DNA from: Candidatus Thorarchaeota archaeon SMTZ1-45
GTDB taxonomy: Archaea > Asgardarchaeota > Thorarchaeia > Thorarchaeales > Thorarchaeaceae
DNA: 64,000 bases
Reading direction: 5' to 3'
Assembly (NCBI GenBank): GCA_001563335.1
Contig: LRSL01000117.1
Location: forward strand, 1-64,000
Positions 59,547 through 64,000 of this stretch are shown one piece after another (positions within the stretch are counted from its first letter, which is position 1; the number at the start of each line of letters is the position of its first letter). The notes beneath the pieces are model-generated. The model saw only the letters and a list, made by a program, of their open reading frames with translations. It made no database searches and had not been told where the DNA came from. Both the position numbers and the translations under genes were made by a program.

Positions 59547-60677
59547 ATGGTTGAAGATCGAACGGTTGATAAATTTGGAACAGAAGATGATGTGTCTGAG
59601 GCTTCACTGACAAGACGCAGAAAAATTGAACATATCGAGATTTGTCTTGATGAAGAGGTCCAATGTCAACGGTCTACAATGTTCGAGGACATTGAATTTG
59701 TCCACAATGCATTACCCGAGATAAACAAGGACAAAATCGATCTTACAACCAACTTCTTTGGTTTACGAGCTAGTGCGCCATTGGTCATCGCAGCAATGAC
59801 AGGTGGACATCCTAAGACTAAGAACATCAATCAACGATTAGCGAGTGCAGCAGAAGAACTAGGGTTACCTATAGGTGTTGGTAGTCAGAGAGCTGCAGTA
59901 GAAGACCCATCGCTTGCAGACACATTCACAATAGTAAGAGAGTCTGCACCATCTGTCCCAGTAATTGCAAACATTGGAGCTACACATGTTGATGTAGCTC
60001 CAGAGGCAGTAGAAATGATTGATGCAGATATTCTCGCCATTCATCTTAACCCATTACAAGAAGCAATCCAACCAGAGGGTGACTGCAACTCGATTGGTGC
60101 TTTAGAGAGCATTGCTTCCATTGTTGAATCGGTTGATGTTCCTGTCATTGTCAAAGAAACTGGAGCTGGAATTTCGAGTGATGTAGCAAAGCGTCTAGAA
60201 GAAGTCGGTGTCGTGGGTGTCGATGTTGGAGGCGTGGGCGGAACCAGTTGGGCTGGGGTAGAATATTTCCGCGCACAGAAAGAAGATGATGACCTAAAAG
60301 CTCAGCTTGGTCTTGAGTTTTGGGATTGGGGTATTCCTACAGCTTTGAGTGTACTAATGGTCTTAGATTCAACTGAGCTGGATGTTATTGCTACTGGGGG
60401 AATTCGTAGCGGTCTTGATATTGCGAAAGCGCTGGCACTTGGGGCAACTGCTGCTGGTGTTGCACATCCACTTCTGCGACAAGCAGTTCATGGTTCTTCT
60501 CTTGATGTTGTGGTTGAGCTTGAGCGGTTCCTTGAAGGACTCACAGTTGCCATGTATCTCACGGGGTCTGAGAAGGTTGAGGACTTGTCCTCAAAACAGC
60601 TAATCCTGAGTGGTAAGCTTGTTGAATCACTCAAATCGCTTGGAATCGATTACCAAAAAGTTGCACGTGGAATTTGA
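59547..60677 (+). CDS. fni: Type-2 isopentenyl-diphosphate delta-isomerase
   Basis: RKIEHI, AMTGG, GVGSQR, IHLNPLQE..QPEGD, KETGAG, GGTSW, WGIPT, GGIR. Confidence 0.96.
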   Translation: MVEDRTVDKFGTEDDVSEASLTRRRKIEHIEICLDEEVQCQRSTMFEDIEFVHNALPEINKDKIDLTTNFFGLRASAPLVIAAMTGGHPKTKNINQRLASAAEELGLPIGVGSQRAAVEDPSLADTFTIVRESAPSVPVIANIGATHVDVAPEAVEMIDADILAIHLNPLQEAIQPEGDCNSIGALESIASIVESVDVPVIVKETGAGISSDVAKRLEEVGVVGVDVGGVGGTSWAGVEYFRAQKEDDDLKAQLGLEFWDWGIPTALSVLMVLDSTELDVIATGGIRSGLDIAKALALGATAAGVAHPLLRQAVHGSSLDVVVELERFLEGLTVAMYLTGSEKVEDLSSKQLILSGKLVESLKSLGIDYQKVARGI

Positions 60678-60678
60678 A

Positions 60679-62085
60679 CTAGGCTGCTCCAATCCGTTTC
60701 AGATATTTCGAACGTATTTGGATTCCATTTAGCATTTGAACTGCTTCTTCAATTGTGTCACCCACTGCAATACCATTCAACTCAAATCCCCGAATAATAA
60801 CTTCATACTTCTCAAGATTTGGAACATAAGCAACAACAGTTTTGTTGTGACGTTTTGCTACATTTGCCACACGAGCTCCTATCTGAAGAGAAATGCCTGG
60901 AGCATAGGGCAACAAGAGCAATAGTGCTGCGTCAATGTTTTTGAATTCAAGCATCTTGTCAAGGACTCTTTCATAATCAATATCAGATGCGCTTCCTGTC
61001 AGATCACAAGGATTTCTGAATGATGCGATGCCCTGGTAAGCTGGAGTCATTGCCGCTCGCATAGATGCTTGCTGCTCCTTGTTGAACAGAGGCATCAAGA
61101 GACCATATTGTGAGGCTTCGTCACTAGCTATTACTCCATGTCCACCACTGACAGTCAATGTCCCAACTCTGGGTCCTTGCATAAACTTAGGTTTGAAAGA
61201 GAAAACCTTCGCATAGGCCATTACTTCATCCTCATCCAACGCGTGAATGATCCCATACTGGTTGAAAGCAGCATTAGTCACAGCGTGGTCTCCTGCAAGT
61301 GATGATGTATGGCTTTGAGTTGCGCGATGACCGGCCTCTGATTCACCACCCTTAAGAACAATTACTGGTTTCTTAGGTACTATCTTTTTACATACTTCGA
61401 CAAACTGTCTTCCCTCACCTTGGGCAAATCCTTCAATATATGCAAGTATAACATCAACTTGATTTTCCCTACCAAAGTACTCAACAAAGTCAGTCACCTT
61501 TGTCTGTGCAGCATTGCCAATGGATATTGCTGCAGCTATTCCCACATCCCTACCTGCAAACTCCTCAAGCCTTTCTATTAACCATCCTCCACTTTGTGAA
61601 ATAATTGCAACATTTCCCTTTCTAGGTCGAGCAACACGCTCCGAGGGTAGGAAGAATGTGTCAAGAACATCTGGCACAAAGACACCGATGCAATTTGGTC
61701 CAACCATTGAGATTTCATATTTGCTTGCAACCTCCACAATCTCTGACTGAATACTTGCACCAGATTCTCCAACTTCACTAAAACCACCAGAAACAACAAT
61801 TACAGACTTGATATTCTTCTCTCCACACTCAGTTAACACTCCTGGCACATATTTTGCAGGAACTGAAATCACCACAAGTTCGATATCATCCGGAGCTGCT
61901 GTGATTGATTTGTGAACTGCAACCCCTTCAACAGTTCCTCCTTTGGGATTAATAGGATAAGTCGGAAGGCCATTTTCAAAGGCAAGTTTCCGGAAAATTA
62001 CATTGCCTGGACTGAAGGGATTGGATGTTGAAACACCAACCACTGCAGTCACCTTGGGATTAAGCATTGTCTTGAGACCAGTCAT
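60679..62085 (-). CDS. ADP-forming acyl-CoA synthetase, alpha-like subunit
   Basis: YPINP, SGGFSE, GPNCIG, SQSG, SHT (phospho-His), NPCDLTG. Confidence 0.88.
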   Translation of the reverse strand: MTGLKTMLNPKVTAVVGVSTSNPFSPGNVIFRKLAFENGLPTYPINPKGGTVEGVAVHKSITAAPDDIELVVISVPAKYVPGVLTECGEKNIKSVIVVSGGFSEVGESGASIQSEIVEVASKYEISMVGPNCIGVFVPDVLDTFFLPSERVARPRKGNVAIISQSGGWLIERLEEFAGRDVGIAAAISIGNAAQTKVTDFVEYFGRENQVDVILAYIEGFAQGEGRQFVEVCKKIVPKKPVIVLKGGESEAGHRATQSHTSSLAGDHAVTNAAFNQYGIIHALDEDEVMAYAKVFSFKPKFMQGPRVGTLTVSGGHGVIASDEASQYGLLMPLFNKEQQASMRAAMTPAYQGIASFRNPCDLTGSASDIDYERVLDKMLEFKNIDAALLLLLPYAPGISLQIGARVANVAKRHNKTVVAYVPNLEKYEVIIRGFELNGIAVGDTIEEAVQMLNGIQIRSKYLKRIGAA

Positions 62086-62177
62086 CTCTCACCCTCATGT
62101 GTCTTTGAACTGAGTTGCTAATATCCCTTATATGGGCTATGTATACGAATGTATTGGATATTCTTGCCTTGATTGAT

Positions 62178-63248
62178 TCAGGGTTTCATTTGAGCTAGAA
62201 TCTCTCTTGGCCTCGGTTCAGCTAATATGGCATGCTGAAGTTTACTCAGCAGTTTTGCTATCTCCGCGTGAATGACCTGACGTGCTGGGTCAGAACCTGA
62301 CTCAGCATTTTGAATGGCTTCCTCAACCTCTTGGTTCAATCTTTTTATAATTCGCTTTTCAAGTTCAGGTCCTCCCCATCCAAAGCCATCAAATGCGGTC
62401 TGAGCTTCAAGGATCTTTTCTTTGACATCAAGCTTATCCTCTTTCAGAACTGGCTCAATTCCTTGGAAATATTTAGCAACAGCTCTCTCAATTCGTTCCA
62501 TCTCTGAACCATTCAGATAGTTCTCTTGTTGACGATGTTTCATGAGATCCTGCAATAGTCTTGCACCCGGTGCTTCTGTTAATAGTCCTTTAGCTATCTT
62601 GACCAAGACTCGAGCTGGAAGTTCTACCACATCTCCAAAATAGGGTGAATCAGATCTATATCGATGAATTTCTCTCAGAGATTCAAGCCAGAATGTCGGA
62701 AGGAGAATATGACATCTTTTCGAATATTGCTGAATTAGTCTTTGACTCTGACCAATAAGACCAAATAGGTCATCTTCAACATCGACTTTACGATATGGTT
62801 CGACAGGTTTTGGTTGCTCCTCACCAACTAGTGGTACCAATTCAGAGTCAGAAGATCCTGCTGCTGTTCCTCCAGTAGGCACTTTTTGTCCAGCTGGAAC
62901 CTCACTCCCTTCAAGAAGAGATAGTATCTCCTGAGTTGCAGTCCCAGATTCCATCTGCCTAGCCTTATTCGATAATTTGGGTAGAAGACTCTCAATCTGT
63001 GAAAGGCGTTTCACAATTAAGCTCATGATATTCTGTGTGGAGGGTGGAATTCCTTTCATTGTGGTGGCTTCCTCCATCCATTTGCGTGTTCTCAGAAGAC
63101 CTTGAGTCAAAGAGTCGACTCTATCAGGATCGAGAGTTTCTTCAACTTGTGTGCTCAGAAGAAAGTGGATGAGTGTTGAATTCAGGGTGACAATAAGAAG
63201 AAGTCTATCTATGAGGTCTTCATATTGGAATGATGAGGAGTCAGACAT
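62178..63248 (-). CDS. Hypothetical alpha-helical protein, co-oriented with the tubulin-like gene
   Basis: Long ORF with GGTGGTGA RBS before ATG 63248. Two helical regions separated by a low-complexity linker. Confidence 0.75.
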   Translation of the reverse strand: MSDSSSFQYEDLIDRLLLIVTLNSTLIHFLLSTQVEETLDPDRVDSLTQGLLRTRKWMEEATTMKGIPPSTQNIMSLIVKRLSQIESLLPKLSNKARQMESGTATQEILSLLEGSEVPAGQKVPTGGTAAGSSDSELVPLVGEEQPKPVEPYRKVDVEDDLFGLIGQSQRLIQQYSKRCHILLPTFWLESLREIHRYRSDSPYFGDVVELPARVLVKIAKGLLTEAPGARLLQDLMKHRQQENYLNGSEMERIERAVAKYFQGIEPVLKEDKLDVKEKILEAQTAFDGFGWGGPELEKRIIKRLNQEVEEAIQNAESGSDPARQVIHAEIAKLLSKLQHAILAEPRPREILAQMKP

Positions 63249-63264
63249 TATGTCACCACCAGTC

Positions 63265-64000
63265 CTATTCCATTGTATCACCTGGAGTCATGTAGTAGCT
63301 GAATAGCTCACGAAAGTCGTTTATTGCATCTACTAGCTCTTTTCGAGTCGTGCCTTTCGATCTCATGAACCAACCCTGTTTGAGGGGTGAGGCTCCGCTA
63401 TGTAAATTAACCAGTTGGGTAGCTTCGTTGATGATTTGGACAAGTTCAGGAATCTTAGGTAACCCAAGTAGAAGAAGAAGGTTCGTCCTAGGATCTTCTT
63501 CATGATATTGCACATAGCATGGGGTTATTGCAGCTCCAGGTGCAATGAACTTGTCTAGTGCCTCTTTCACATGCATGCCAAATTCTGCCTTTGCAATGTG
63601 TCTTGGTCCAGAAAGGACATAATACACACTCTCTGCATTTGGCTCATCACCAACATCTGCATAGGAACACTCCTTTACTGCATAGTCAATCATTGTTCTG
63701 AGCTGTTTTGGCATACTACCTGCGTCAGGTATGAGACCTATATCTGTATAGAGCGCAGGAACCACAACAGGGTCTAACTTTCTCGCATAGTCTGCAAGAT
63801 CAGTTGTTGGGAAAACGTCTTTCGATTTTTCCCAAACACCTGGTGAGAGCATTGCCTCAACAACATCCAGAGCAAGTGGGTTGACCAGCTCAACAAATGC
63901 TTGTTCAGTTCTTGCCTCTAAATCAGAACTCTCATCCAAAGTTGAAGGCACCATGGTTTCAATTGAGTCAATGTCCGCTATGTCGACTTCAAGCTCCCTC
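63265..64000 (-). CDS. C-terminal part of a divergent tubulin/FtsZ/CetZ-superfamily protein (5'-truncated by window edge)
   Basis: Frame is open to the window end. H7-like AFVELVNPLALDVVEAML, T7-like TTDLADY, and CetZ-like C-domain AESVYYVLSGP...NLLLLLGLPKIPELVQIINEA. Confidence 0.6.
   Translation of the reverse strand, partial: RELEVDIADIDSIETMVPSTLDESSDLEARTEQAFVELVNPLALDVVEAMLSPGVWEKSKDVFPTTDLADYARKLDPVVVPALYTDIGLIPDAGSMPKQLRTMIDYAVKECSYADVGDEPNAESVYYVLSGPRHIAKAEFGMHVKEALDKFIAPGAAITPCYVQYHEEDPRTNLLLLLGLPKIPELVQIINEATQLVNLHSGASPLKQGWFMRSKGTTRKELVDAINDFRELFSYYMTPGDTME

Noticed and set aside
1-64000. CRISPR array, tRNA/rRNA, IS or transposase, integrase
   Set aside because: No regularly spaced repeats, cloverleaf or rRNA-like tracts, or transposase/recombinase motifs were seen by eye.
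1-64000. Genome-wide stop-codon reassignment
   Set aside because: Conserved genes end at TGA, TAG and TAA at expected lengths, and coding density is high under the standard code.

Overview
Gene-dense archaeal chromosomal window of moderate-to-low GC. Archaeal markers include two PurP-family proteins, a Sec11-type signal peptidase, type-2 IPP isomerase, an ATP-dependent DNA ligase, ADP-forming acyl-CoA synthetase alpha and GGAGG(T/G)A ribosome-binding sites. Gene content and style are consistent with an Asgard (Thorarchaeota-like) genome, but that is inference. About 60 CDS, mostly metabolic, transport and membrane genes. I saw no rRNA, tRNA, CRISPR array or transposase. Main observations: (1) a purP-purP'-purC/purS-purQ-purL operon in which PurQ has lost its catalytic Cys and His and the PurC half of a PurC-PurS fusion has lost several conserved residues, while the PurL synthetase core looks intact; (2) a highly divergent RtcB-fold ligase next to an HD phosphohydrolase; (3) a divergent tubulin/FtsZ/CetZ-like gene running off the right edge, coupled to an unknown helical protein; (4) a secreted-protein frame interrupted only by two in-frame UGA codons, with a structured GC-rich element upstream; (5) repeated signs of ATT/CTG translation starts; (6) small proteins that are easy to miss (Sm/Hfq-like, tail-anchored CxxC, PRC-barrel). 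All family calls come from motif recognition by eye, not database searches.
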